DNA of 32,000 nucleotides from assembly GCF_000284115.1 (NCBI RefSeq), contig NC_017080.1, positions 3,150,001-3,182,000 on the forward strand, read 5' to 3'. The notes below the pieces were generated by a model. That model was given only the letters and a program-made list of their open reading frames with translations, had not been told where the DNA came from and searched no databases. How positions within the stretch are numbered: the first letter of the stretch is position 1; each line of letters opens with the position of its first letter. Shown one piece after another: positions 1 through 8,647 of the stretch. Made by a program: the position numbers and the translations under genes. This DNA comes from Phycisphaera mikurensis NBRC 102666 (GTDB lineage Bacteria; Planctomycetota; Phycisphaerae; Phycisphaerales; Phycisphaeraceae).

Positions 1-269
1 ACCTGCGCTTGAAGGCCATGGGCTCCGCCGGCGGCCACAACGGGCTCAAAGACGTCGAGCGGGTGCTGGGCACGCGGGCGTACGCGAGGCTGAGGATCGG
101 CATCGATGCCCCGGGCCGCATCCCGCAGGTCGACTACGTCCTCGGCAGGTTCACCGCCGATCAGCGGGAGCGGCTGGATCCGGCGCTCGACGAGGCTTGC
201 CAGGCCGTGGAGGCTTGGCTGACTCTCGGGATCGAGAAAGCGATGAACAAGGTGAACGACCGCTCGTGA
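1..269 (+). CDS. pth: peptidyl-tRNA hydrolase, C-terminal fragment (5' end outside window)
   Basis: ORF 9..269 contains GGHNGLKD...RLRIGI...VDYVLGRF, the conserved Pth core and C-terminus. The frame stays open to the window edge. Confidence 0.9.
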   Translation, partial: LRLKAMGSAGGHNGLKDVERVLGTRAYARLRIGIDAPGRIPQVDYVLGRFTADQRERLDPALDEACQAVEAWLTLGIEKAMNKVNDRS

Positions 270-277
270 GCCGGGTG

Positions 278-683
278 GGCTGCGTGGCGTCGCCACGCAG
301 TGACCGCGGCCAGACTGGCATCGAGAGCTGAGCGGCGACGCCGCTCTGTCTGCTTGTGCGCGAAGGAGCTGCATCGCGGCTCGGACAGCGTGGCGTCGCC
401 ACGCAGCGACCGCGGCCAGGCTGGCTGCGAGAGCTGAGCGGCGACGCCGCTCTGTCTGCTTGTGCGCGAAGGAGCTGCATCGCGACTCGGACAGCGTGGC
501 GTCGCCACGCAGCTAGCGCGGCCAACATGGCTTCGAGAGCTGAGCGGCGACGCCGCTCTGTCTGCCTTGTGCGCGAAGAAGCTGCATCGCGGCTCGGACA
601 GCGTGGCGTCGCCACGCAGCTAGCGCGGCCAGGCTGGCGGAGAGAGCTGAGCGGCGACGCCGCTCTGTCTGCTTGTGCGCGAC
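278..683. repeat. BIME/REP-like tandem array: four ~106-bp units, each with two related palindromes in opposite orientation
   Basis: GCGTGGCGTCGCCACGC starts at 282, 388, 494 and 601. GAGCGGCGACGCCGCTC starts at 330, 436, 542 and 649. The array fills the gap between convergent pth and pckA. Confidence 0.9.
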
Positions 684-692
684 GGGGCTGGG

Positions 693-2330
<1,638 letters not shown>

Positions 2331-2336
2331 GGGGCG

Positions 2337-2346
2337 AGATTACCGG
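2337..2346 (-). promoter_or_regulatory. -10-like box CCGGTAATCT, 6 nt upstream of the pckA GTG (putative leaderless promoter)
   Basis: Minus strand reads CCGGTAATCT-cgcccc-GTG. TANNNT is rare in this GC-rich DNA. Confidence 0.4.
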
Positions 2347-2461
2347 GGGGCCGGCGCGTAGCTGCTTCGACCAAGGGACGAAGCGACGAGGCGAACGGGG
2401 GTCGTGCGACGCGGCTGCACCGCCCGCGAAGGAAGACTCCGCGGGTTGAACCCCGCCGGGT

Positions 2462-2558
2462 GAGAGACGAAGAGACGAAGTCGGCAGGGCATCGCCTACG
2501 GCGATCAGCGCGCACTGCCCGTCTTCGTCTCTTCGTCTCTTCGTCTCTTCGTCTCTTG
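2462..2558. repeat. Long composite inverted repeat built from the 8-bp unit GAGACGAA (2 copies) and its complement TTCGTCTC (4 tandem copies)
   Basis: Left arm is 2462-2480 and right arm 2521-2558, with a nested hairpin ATCGCC-tac-GGCGAT. The element spans the hisF stop codon, and its right arm encodes the hisF tail [12 protein letters not shown]. Confidence 0.85.
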
Positions 2559-3407
2559 CCCCTGCCCCGGCTCTGGGCCCCGCCCCACCCGCCTCACCGG
2601 CAACCCCGCCGCCTCCATCTCCGCCTTGGCCTCGTCGATCGTGAACTCGCCGAAGTGGAAGATGCTCGCGGCGAGCACGGCGTCGGCTTCGGTCTGCTGC
2701 AGCACCTCGACCATGTGCCGCGGGTGACCGCAGCCGCCGGAGGCGACGACGGGGATGCCGACGGCGGCGGCGACGAGGCGCGTGACCTCCAGGTCGTAGC
2801 CGCTCTTGGTCCCGTCGCCGTCCATGGAGGTCAGCACGATCTCGCCGGCGCCGCGCCGCTCGCACTCGATCGCGAAGGCGACCGGATCCAGCCCCGTGGG
2901 CGTGCGGCCGCCGTGCACGTGGACCTCGAAGCCGAAGCCCGGCCGGTCCGCCGACTCCGTCGGGGCGTCGGCGTTCGTGAGCCGGTCGGCGAGGTCGGCC
3001 AGCGGGACGCGCTTCGGATCGATGTTCACGACCGTGGCGCACCGGCCGAAGCGCTTCGCCGTCTCGTCGACGATGCCGGGATCCTTGACCGCCGCGGAGT
3101 TGATGCTGACCTTCTCCGCCCCGGCCTGCACCAGCCGGGTCACGTCCTCGATCGTGCGGATCCCTCCGCCGACGGTGAAGGGCATGAAGCAGCGCTCCGC
3201 CACCTTCCGCACCACGTCGTGGATGATCCCGCGGCCCTCGTGCGACGCGTTGATGTCCAGGAACACCAGCTCGTCCGCCCCCTGCGCGTCGTACGCCGCG
3301 GCGATCTCCACCGGATCGCCCGCATCGACGAGGTCGACGAAGTTCACGCCCTTGACGACGCGGCCCGCGTGGACGTCGAGGCAGGGGATGACGCGGTGGG
3401 TCAGCAA
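2505..3407 (-). CDS. hisF: imidazole glycerol phosphate synthase cyclase subunit HisF
   Basis: The ORF 2505..3893 contains [11 protein letters not shown]...VVKG..F...GDP...DELVFLDI...GGGIR...[11 protein letters not shown]...ASGG...ASIFHFGE. I place the start at TTG 3407 ([12 protein letters not shown]) because it matches HisF N-termini and has a TAATCT box 7 nt upstream. Confidence 0.9.
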   Translation of the reverse strand: MLTHRVIPCLDVHAGRVVKGVNFVDLVDAGDPVEIAAAYDAQGADELVFLDINASHEGRGIIHDVVRKVAERCFMPFTVGGGIRTIEDVTRLVQAGAEKVSINSAAVKDPGIVDETAKRFGRCATVVNIDPKRVPLADLADRLTNADAPTESADRPGFGFEVHVHGGRTPTGLDPVAFAIECERRGAGEIVLTSMDGDGTKSGYDLEVTRLVAAAVGIPVVASGGCGHPRHMVEVLQQTEADAVLAASIFHFGEFTIDEAKAEMEAAGLPVRRVGRGPEPGQGQETKRRRDEETKTGSAR

Positions 3408-3414
3408 GCCGCAG

Positions 3415-3450
3415 AGATTAGAGCATCGTGCGCAGTTTTCCGATCGGCCT
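3415..3450 (-). promoter_or_regulatory. hisF promoter cassette AGGCCGA-N10-GCGCACGATGCT-c-TAATCT, 7 nt before the TTG start
   Basis: The same blocks at the same spacing recur at 5688-5723 upstream of the PspA-operon membrane gene. Confidence 0.4.
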
Positions 3451-3602
3451 GCGTCCGCGCGTCGTGTTCCTCGTGAGGAGGCGAAGCAGCCCTGCCCCTG
3501 CAGGGCGATGCAGCCGACGAAGCGAGGGGCACGACTCGCCCGCAGAGGCGATTGAAAAAATTGCGCGCGGTGCGACAAGGACCGCGCGGAGCGGCGTTGC
3601 TT

Positions 3603-3608
3603 TATCCT
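3603..3608 (+). promoter_or_regulatory. -10-like TATCCT, 6 nt upstream of the STAS gene ATG (3615)
   Basis: Plus strand reads gctTTATCCT-cccccc-ATG. Confidence 0.35.
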
Positions 3609-3614
3609 CCCCCC

Positions 3615-3956
3615 ATGCTCCAGCCCTGGTCCGAGTCCACGTGGGTGTCCTCGCTCGACGACGGGCGGGGAGAGCCGTCGGAGGCGCTCGAGACGCTGGA
3701 GCGGGCGCTGCAGGTGCGGGCGGCGAAGGGATCCGCGGCGCCGAACGTCGTGGTGGACCTCGCGGGCATCTCGCACCTCGGGACGGTGCAGCTCGACCGG
3801 CTCCGGCTCATGCGGCGCCGCCTCGCCCGCTCCGGCGGACGGCTGCGGCTGGCGGCGCCGACCGAGGCGCTGTGGGCGGTCATCCTCGGCCACGGCGCCG
3901 ACGAGGAGTTCCTCTGGAGCGAGGACGTCGTCGGGGCGTTGGTGGAGATGAGCTGA
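3615..3956 (+). CDS. STAS-domain protein (anti-sigma-factor antagonist-like)
   Basis: The segment [38 protein letters not shown] matches the SpoIIAA/STAS pattern. A 113-aa product from ATG 3615 is the typical size. The ORF track offers an alternative TTG start at 3552. Confidence 0.6.
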   Translation: MLQPWSESTWVSSLDDGRGEPSEALETLERALQVRAAKGSAAPNVVVDLAGISHLGTVQLDRLRLMRRRLARSGGRLRLAAPTEALWAVILGHGADEEFLWSEDVVGALVEMS

Positions 3957-3980
3957 GCCCGCCCACGGAGCGGCGTTTTC

Positions 3981-4002
3981 CGGAGCGCGGACCGCGGCTC
4001 CG
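3981..4002. terminator. GC-rich hairpin between the convergent STAS and pspA genes
   Basis: CGGAGC-gCG-gaccg-CG-GCTCCG. It has no clear U-tract on either strand. The core GCGGACCGCGG resembles a zero-spacer version of the 46-bp element arms. Confidence 0.35.
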
Positions 4003-4004
4003 CC

Positions 4005-4838
4005 TCAGTTCTCCGGGAGCCGGGGCTCGCGCGAGGGGGCTTCCGGCTCGGCGTCCGCGGCGGGGGTGTCGGTCTCCTCGGCCAGGCCGATGAGCTGATC
4101 GAACTCGCTGGTCCGCGTGTCGGCCTGGGCGTAGGCGAGGAACTCGTTCTCCTGCACCTTGGTGTCGGTGCCGGCGACCTCGCGGCTGATGCGGGCCTTG
4201 GCCTTGCTCTCGGCGCGGAGGTCGCGCAGCTCGGCGAGCTCCTGGCTCGTGCGGTCTTCGGAGATGCCGGAGATCATGTCCGCGATCTCGGCCTCCTCCT
4301 TCGCCGTGATCATGTCGGCGACGGTGGCGGAGGACTCGTCCTTGAGCTTGTCGATCTCGCGGAGCAGCTGCTGCAGCTGCACCTTGTGGCCGCCGATCGT
4401 GCCGGACAGCTCGTTGATCTCGCTCTCCAGGTCGGCGATCTGCTCGGTGTGGCCGGCGATCTTCCCCGAGAAGTCGTTGTAGGCCGCCATGCACTGCTGG
4501 TAGTCCTCGTGCTGCTTGATCGCCGCGAGGTCCTTGCCCTCGCCCTTGAGCTCGTTGACGGTGATGCGGGCCTTGGCGGCGGCGCCCTCCTTGAGCTGCT
4601 CCAGGCGGTTGACCTCCTCGGAGAGCTGCTTGAGGCGGTAGCTCTTCTTCTCCTGGTTGGCGATCAGCCGGGAGACGGCGTCCTTGTACTGGTGGATGCG
4701 CTCCTTCTTCTCGGCGATGACGCGGTCGAAGGTCGCCCGGACGACGTGCGGGTTCGTCTGGATCGCACGCCGCGCCTGATCGATGCGACCGGTGAAGAGA
4801 TAGCCGATGGCCCTGAAGTATTTTCCGATCGCGCTCAT
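4005..4838 (-). CDS. pspA: PspA/IM30 (phage-shock protein A / Vipp1 / LiaH) family protein
   Basis: 277-aa all-helical, K/E/Q-rich coiled coil with a PspA-like N-terminus (MSAIGKYFRAIGYLFTGRIDQA...). ATG at 4838 is preferred over 4883. Confidence 0.7.
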   Translation of the reverse strand: MSAIGKYFRAIGYLFTGRIDQARRAIQTNPHVVRATFDRVIAEKKERIHQYKDAVSRLIANQEKKSYRLKQLSEEVNRLEQLKEGAAAKARITVNELKGEGKDLAAIKQHEDYQQCMAAYNDFSGKIAGHTEQIADLESEINELSGTIGGHKVQLQQLLREIDKLKDESSATVADMITAKEEAEIADMISGISEDRTSQELAELRDLRAESKAKARISREVAGTDTKVQENEFLAYAQADTRTSEFDQLIGLAEETDTPAADAEPEAPSREPRLPEN

Positions 4839-4845
4839 GACGCGG

Positions 4846-4851
4846 ACGCTA
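4846..4851 (-). promoter_or_regulatory. -10-like TAGCGT, 7 nt upstream of the pspA ATG
   Basis: Minus strand reads ctgcTAGCGT-ccgcgtc-ATG. Confidence 0.35.
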
Positions 4852-4916
4852 GCAGGCTCGGTGGGGCGGATCGGCCCGTCCACGCGGACCGGGGCCGGGC
4901 CGGGCCGGGCCGGGGT

Positions 4917-5681
4917 CTACTCCCGGATCCGATCTTCGTCGAGCTCGGCCAGGCGCTCTTCGACGCGGCGGGCGATCGCCATCGCGGCCCCGAGCTCCTC
5001 GGCCAGGTCGTCGAGGCCCTCGCGGCCGCCGGAGGAGGCGGAGGGGCCCGCGAGCGAGCGGCTCTCGAGGCGGCCGACCGCGACGGCCATGCGGGAGGCG
5101 GCGTCCTCGACGCCGGCGAGCAGCCGCTCGTCGGCGGCCTGCGCCTCCTCGGAACCCGGCCCGCCGCGGCCGGCCGGGGAGGCGCGGAGCGTCGCGAGGC
5201 GCTCGAGGGACGCCAACGCGGCGATGCGCATCCGCTCGACCACCGCCAGCACCTCCGCGTCGGCGGGGGCGAGGCGGTCAAGCCGCCCTTGCAGCCGCAG
5301 CGAGCGGGTGCCCAGGTCCCGCAGGCCGGCGAGGGCGCGCAGCGCCCGCGGCTCGCGGCCCGCGGCGAGCCGGTCCTGCAGGCGGTTGAGGCCGCGGTTG
5401 CGACGCTTCTCCGCCTCGTGGCGGAGGTCTTCGGCGAGGTCGCGGCGGAGGCTGTCGCCGAAGGAGATCCACCGCCACGCCATCGTCGCCAGCGCCGCGG
5501 CCAGCAGCACGCCTCCCAGCCCGAGCAGGTAGAGCCCCAGCGGGCCGCCGATGAGCAGCGTCGCCGCCCCGCCGCCCGCCGCGGCCCAGCCGCCCAGCCA
5601 CGCAAGCGCCGCGACCTGCGGGCTGTCGCCGAGCTTCCGGGCCCAGCGCCAGCCGCGTCGGAAGCTCTGCGGGATCGGCAT
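4917..5681 (-). CDS. membrane protein (2 predicted TM helices plus a helical cytoplasmic domain), upstream partner of pspA
   Basis: Two hydrophobic stretches (VAALAWLGGWAAAGGGAATLLIGG, LGLYLLGLGGVLLAAALATMAW) are followed by an Arg/Leu/Ala-rich helical region. It lies on the same strand, 78 bp upstream of pspA. Confidence 0.6.
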   Translation of the reverse strand: MPIPQSFRRGWRWARKLGDSPQVAALAWLGGWAAAGGGAATLLIGGPLGLYLLGLGGVLLAAALATMAWRWISFGDSLRRDLAEDLRHEAEKRRNRGLNRLQDRLAAGREPRALRALAGLRDLGTRSLRLQGRLDRLAPADAEVLAVVERMRIAALASLERLATLRASPAGRGGPGSEEAQAADERLLAGVEDAASRMAVAVGRLESRSLAGPSASSGGREGLDDLAEELGAAMAIARRVEERLAELDEDRIRE

Positions 5682-5687
5682 GCGCGA

Positions 5688-5723
5688 AGGCTAAAGCATC
5701 GTGCGCCCTCCCCTGGTCGGCCT
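5688..5723 (-). promoter_or_regulatory. promoter cassette AGGCCGA-N10-GCGCACGATGCT-t-TAGCCT, 6 nt before the ATG of the membrane gene
   Basis: Minus strand reads AGGCCGAccaggggaggGCGCACGATGCTtTAGCCT-tcgcgc-ATG. It is a paralogue of the hisF cassette. Confidence 0.4.
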
Positions 5724-5773
5724 GCCCGCCGAGGCAATCAGGCGAGGGGGCGCGGTGCGCTGATCCGGCCGCA

Positions 5774-5783
5774 CCGGTAGCCT
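5774..5783 (+). promoter_or_regulatory. -10-like CCGGTAGCCT, 8 nt upstream of the aroB GTG
   Basis: Plus strand reads gccgcaCCGGTAGCCT-cgcccgcc-GTG. Confidence 0.4.
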
Positions 5784-5791
5784 CGCCCGCC

Positions 5792-6934
5792 GTGCCCGAT
5801 GCCGCCCCGACCGCCGGATCCGAACGCTCCGTCCGCGTCACGCCCGGCGGCGACGCGGGCCTCGGCTACGAGGTCGCGGTCGGTCCGGGCCTGCTCGGCG
5901 GCCTCGGCGAGCGGGTCGCCGAGGCGGTGCCCGGGCTCGCGTCCGGCGGCCGGGCGGCGCTGATCAGCGACGAGAGCCTCGAGGCGTACGGCCACACGCA
6001 GCGAGCGGCGAAGAGCCTGCAGGCGGCGGGCATCGACACGACGGTGATGGTCATCCCCGTGGGCGAGCGGCGGAAGAACCTCAAGACCGTCGGCCACCTG
6101 CTGGACCTCTGCCTCGACGCGGGCCTGGAGCGGGGCCACCCGGTGGTGGCGCTTGGCGGCGGAATCGTCGGCGATGTCGCCGGCTTCGTGGCGGCCTCGC
6201 TGCTCCGCGGCGTGCCGTTCGTGCAGTGCCCGACGACCCTGCTGGCGATGTGCGACGCGTCGGTGGGCGGCAAGACCGGCGTCAACACGAAGCAGGGCAA
6301 GAACCTCGTGGGCGCCTTCTGGCAGCCGAGGCTGGTGCTCGCCGACGTCGATCTCCTCGCGACGCTGCCCGACGCGGAGCTCGCCTGCGGGCTGGCGGAG
6401 TGCCTGAAGCACGGGATCATCCGCGACGCCGCGCTGTTCCGCTTCATCGTCGAGCGGGCCGGGGCCTTCCGCTCGCGCGACGCCGCGGCGCTCACCGATC
6501 TCGTCGCCCGCAACGTGGCGATCAAGGCGGCGGTCGTCGCGGCCGACGAGCGGGAGCGTGGCGAGCGGGCCCACCTGAACCTCGGCCACACCTTCGCCCA
6601 CGCGATCGAGGCGACGTGGCGGCTGGGCAAGGCGTACCGGCACGGCGAGGCCGTCGCAATCGGCATTGCCGCCGCGACGCGGATGGCGGCCGCGCTGGGG
6701 CGTTGCCCCGAGGCACTGGTCCACGAGGTGGAGGCCGGGCTGCAGGCGGCTGCCCTGCCGATCCGCGGCGACCTCGCGCCCAACGCCGCCCTGCTCAAGG
6801 TGATGCTGCGGGACAAGAAGGCCTCGGGCGGGAGAGTCCGCTTCGTGCTCCCGACACGGATGGGGGCGTGCGAGATCGTCGGCGACGTGCCCGAGGACGC
6901 CGTCGCGGCGGCCTGGGACGCCGTCCGCGCGTGA
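5792..6934 (+). CDS. aroB: 3-dehydroquinate synthase
   Basis: GGGIVGDVAGFVAA...PFVQCPTTLLAMCDASVGGKTGVN...GKNLVGAF.QP...LKHG...HLNLGHTFAHAIE are diagnostic AroB motifs. Confidence 0.95.
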   Translation: MPDAAPTAGSERSVRVTPGGDAGLGYEVAVGPGLLGGLGERVAEAVPGLASGGRAALISDESLEAYGHTQRAAKSLQAAGIDTTVMVIPVGERRKNLKTVGHLLDLCLDAGLERGHPVVALGGGIVGDVAGFVAASLLRGVPFVQCPTTLLAMCDASVGGKTGVNTKQGKNLVGAFWQPRLVLADVDLLATLPDAELACGLAECLKHGIIRDAALFRFIVERAGAFRSRDAAALTDLVARNVAIKAAVVAADERERGERAHLNLGHTFAHAIEATWRLGKAYRHGEAVAIGIAAATRMAAALGRCPEALVHEVEAGLQAAALPIRGDLAPNAALLKVMLRDKKASGGRVRFVLPTRMGACEIVGDVPEDAVAAAWDAVRA

Positions 6935-6936
6935 GG

Positions 6937-6982
6937 CCGCGGACCGTTGCCGGTTTCCGCGCGAAACGGCCGCGGTCCGCGG
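6937..6982. repeat. 46-bp palindromic element CCGCGGACCG-N26-CGGTCCGCGG, copy 1
   Basis: Arms are exact 10-bp inverted repeats. The spacer ttgccggtttccgcgcgaaacggccg is itself hairpin-forming. The copy sits in the 55-bp gap between convergent aroB and the SMP-30-like gene, so it probably also acts as a bidirectional terminator. Confidence 0.9.
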
Positions 6983-6989
6983 GCGGGCG

Positions 6990-7904
6990 TCACCCGCAGG
7001 CGATGCGGGAGCGGTGCCGCGGGGCGCCGCGGACGCCGGGCATCTCGGCGACGAAGAGCGCCCCCTCGGGCGACGACGCGGGGTCTTCGGGGTTGCCCCC
7101 GGCGGTGGTGACGCAGGCGGTGGCGAGGCCGGAACCGGCGAAGGCGATCGCGGTCACCTTGTCCACGGGCAGCTCGATCGCCCGCGAGGCCTCGCCGGTC
7201 GCCGGGTCGTGCTCCCACACGCCGCGGCCGCCCCAGCGGGCGCTCCAGAGGCGGCCGGCCTCGTCCATCGCCATGCCGTCGCAGCCGCAGCCGGCCTCCT
7301 CGAAGAAGACCGCGCGGTCGGTCAGGTCGCCGGTGGCCGGGTCGTAGGCGTAGCGGTAGATGCGGCCGGGCGTGGTGTCCGTGAGGTAGAGGTGGCGTCC
7401 GTCGGGCGTGAAGCCCATGCCGTTGGGGATGCCGAAGCCCTCGTCGACGACCCGGGTCGAGCCGTCGGGGTCGAGCCGGAGGAGCTTCCCGGTCATGTCG
7501 GCGCCGTCGCCCTCGAAGTTGCTCATCGTGCCGCTGAAGAGGCGGCCGGCCGGATCGGCGAGGCAGTCGTTGAAGCGGGTGCCCGGGCACAGCCCCTCGT
7601 GGACCGTCGTCTGCCGGCCGCCGTCGAAACGCTGCACGTGGCCCTCGGCGCCGAGCAGGAGCAAGGCCCCGTCGGCCTCGAGCGAGGCGGCGCCGACGGG
7701 CGGGCCGGTGCGGACCGTCTCGGGTACCGCTCCCGCGGCCGGGGTGCCGTCGGCCTCGGTGGCGAGCCGGAAGAGCCGGCCGGTGACGATGTCGATCCAG
7801 TAGAGGGCCCGCTCGTCGGGGTGCCAGAGCGGGTTCTCGCCGCACGCGCAGCCCGTCTGCGCGACGCGGCGGGCGGGGACGGGTCGGTTCGGGGGGGCGT
7901 CCAT
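6990..7904 (-). CDS. SMP-30/gluconolactonase/LRE-like beta-propeller protein
   Basis: GENPLWHP...LYWIDI, RFNDC..DP.GR, GIPNGMGFTPDG..LYLTDT and DGMAMDE.GRLW are typical of regucalcin/gluconolactonase. ATG at 7904 is preferred over 8021. Confidence 0.85.
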   Translation of the reverse strand: MDAPPNRPVPARRVAQTGCACGENPLWHPDERALYWIDIVTGRLFRLATEADGTPAAGAVPETVRTGPPVGAASLEADGALLLLGAEGHVQRFDGGRQTTVHEGLCPGTRFNDCLADPAGRLFSGTMSNFEGDGADMTGKLLRLDPDGSTRVVDEGFGIPNGMGFTPDGRHLYLTDTTPGRIYRYAYDPATGDLTDRAVFFEEAGCGCDGMAMDEAGRLWSARWGGRGVWEHDPATGEASRAIELPVDKVTAIAFAGSGLATACVTTAGGNPEDPASSPEGALFVAEMPGVRGAPRHRSRIACG

Positions 7905-8011
7905 GGGGGCCGGGTTCCGTGCTAGATTCGAGATCTTCCGGCCGGATCGTAATCCCCGGCTTCCGCGCGGTTTCGCGTTTTCCCCCGTTTCCGGCCCCGA
8001 CACCCCGCGCC

Positions 8012-8629
8012 ATGGCTGCACCCACCCGAACCCTCGCCGCCGCGCTTCTGATCGCCCCGCTCGCCCTCGTTGGCTGCGGCGGCGAGGAGCCCGCCGCCGG
8101 GCTGGCGGACACGACCGACGGCCTGGTCGAGGCGTCGTCGGAGCGGCACGAGGCCTCGGAGGCGTTCACCGAGGCCGCCGCGGCCGCGGAAGCCGCGACG
8201 GCCGAGGCCGAGGCGGCGCTGGCCGAGCGGGCGCCGGCGATCGAGGCGGAGATCCAGGAGGACCTCGCCACCGCCACCGCCGAGCTCGACGCCGCGAAGG
8301 CGGCGCTGGGCCGCCAGGCCGACGATCTCTTCGGCGAGGTCGAGGCCGCCATCGCCGAGCGTCGCTACCCGCAGGCGCAGGCGGCCCTGGAGACGCTGGA
8401 GGCCATGCCCCACGCCGGGGGCGAGCCCGCGGCGGGCTTCACCGACCGCATCGCCGCGGCGGAGGCGGCGCTGGAAGAGGCCCAGGCCGGCGACGAGGCG
8501 ATCGGCTCGGCGCAGGCGGCCATCGATGCCGCGAAAGCGACGGCGGACCGGCCGCCCGCGGCGGCGGCGGAGGCCGCGCCGGAGATCGGGCGGCCGCCGG
8601 AGACGCAGACGCCGGCCCTGGAGAAGTGA
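8012..8629 (+). CDS. Ala/Glu-rich helical lipoprotein
   Basis: The signal peptide with lipobox MAAPTRTLAAALLIAPLALVGC is followed by a low-complexity A/E-rich helical sequence. Confidence 0.6.
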   Translation: MAAPTRTLAAALLIAPLALVGCGGEEPAAGLADTTDGLVEASSERHEASEAFTEAAAAAEAATAEAEAALAERAPAIEAEIQEDLATATAELDAAKAALGRQADDLFGEVEAAIAERRYPQAQAALETLEAMPHAGGEPAAGFTDRIAAAEAALEEAQAGDEAIGSAQAAIDAAKATADRPPAAAAEAAPEIGRPPETQTPALEK

Positions 8630-8647
8630 GCGGACCCGCTCCGCCGC

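Noticed and set aside
278-683. Possible CRISPR array (regular ~106-bp periodicity with palindromic repeats)
   Set aside because: The sequence between the palindromes is itself conserved from unit to unit (one 33-nt linker near-identical, the other ~22 nt only mildly variable). There are no unique spacers, the period is too long, and no cas genes are nearby.
2505-3893. Full 462-aa version of the hisF ORF
   Set aside because: The N-terminal ~160 aa are Arg/Pro-rich and non-homologous. HisF homology starts at [11 protein letters not shown], where a TTG start and a -10-like box are found.
5866-8352. 828-aa minus-strand ORF, plus 6226..7347 and 7014..7925 on the plus strand
   Set aside because: They overlap aroB, the SMP-30-like gene and the lipoprotein gene in other frames or on the other strand. 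Composition is low-complexity Arg/Pro/Ala and no motifs are present.
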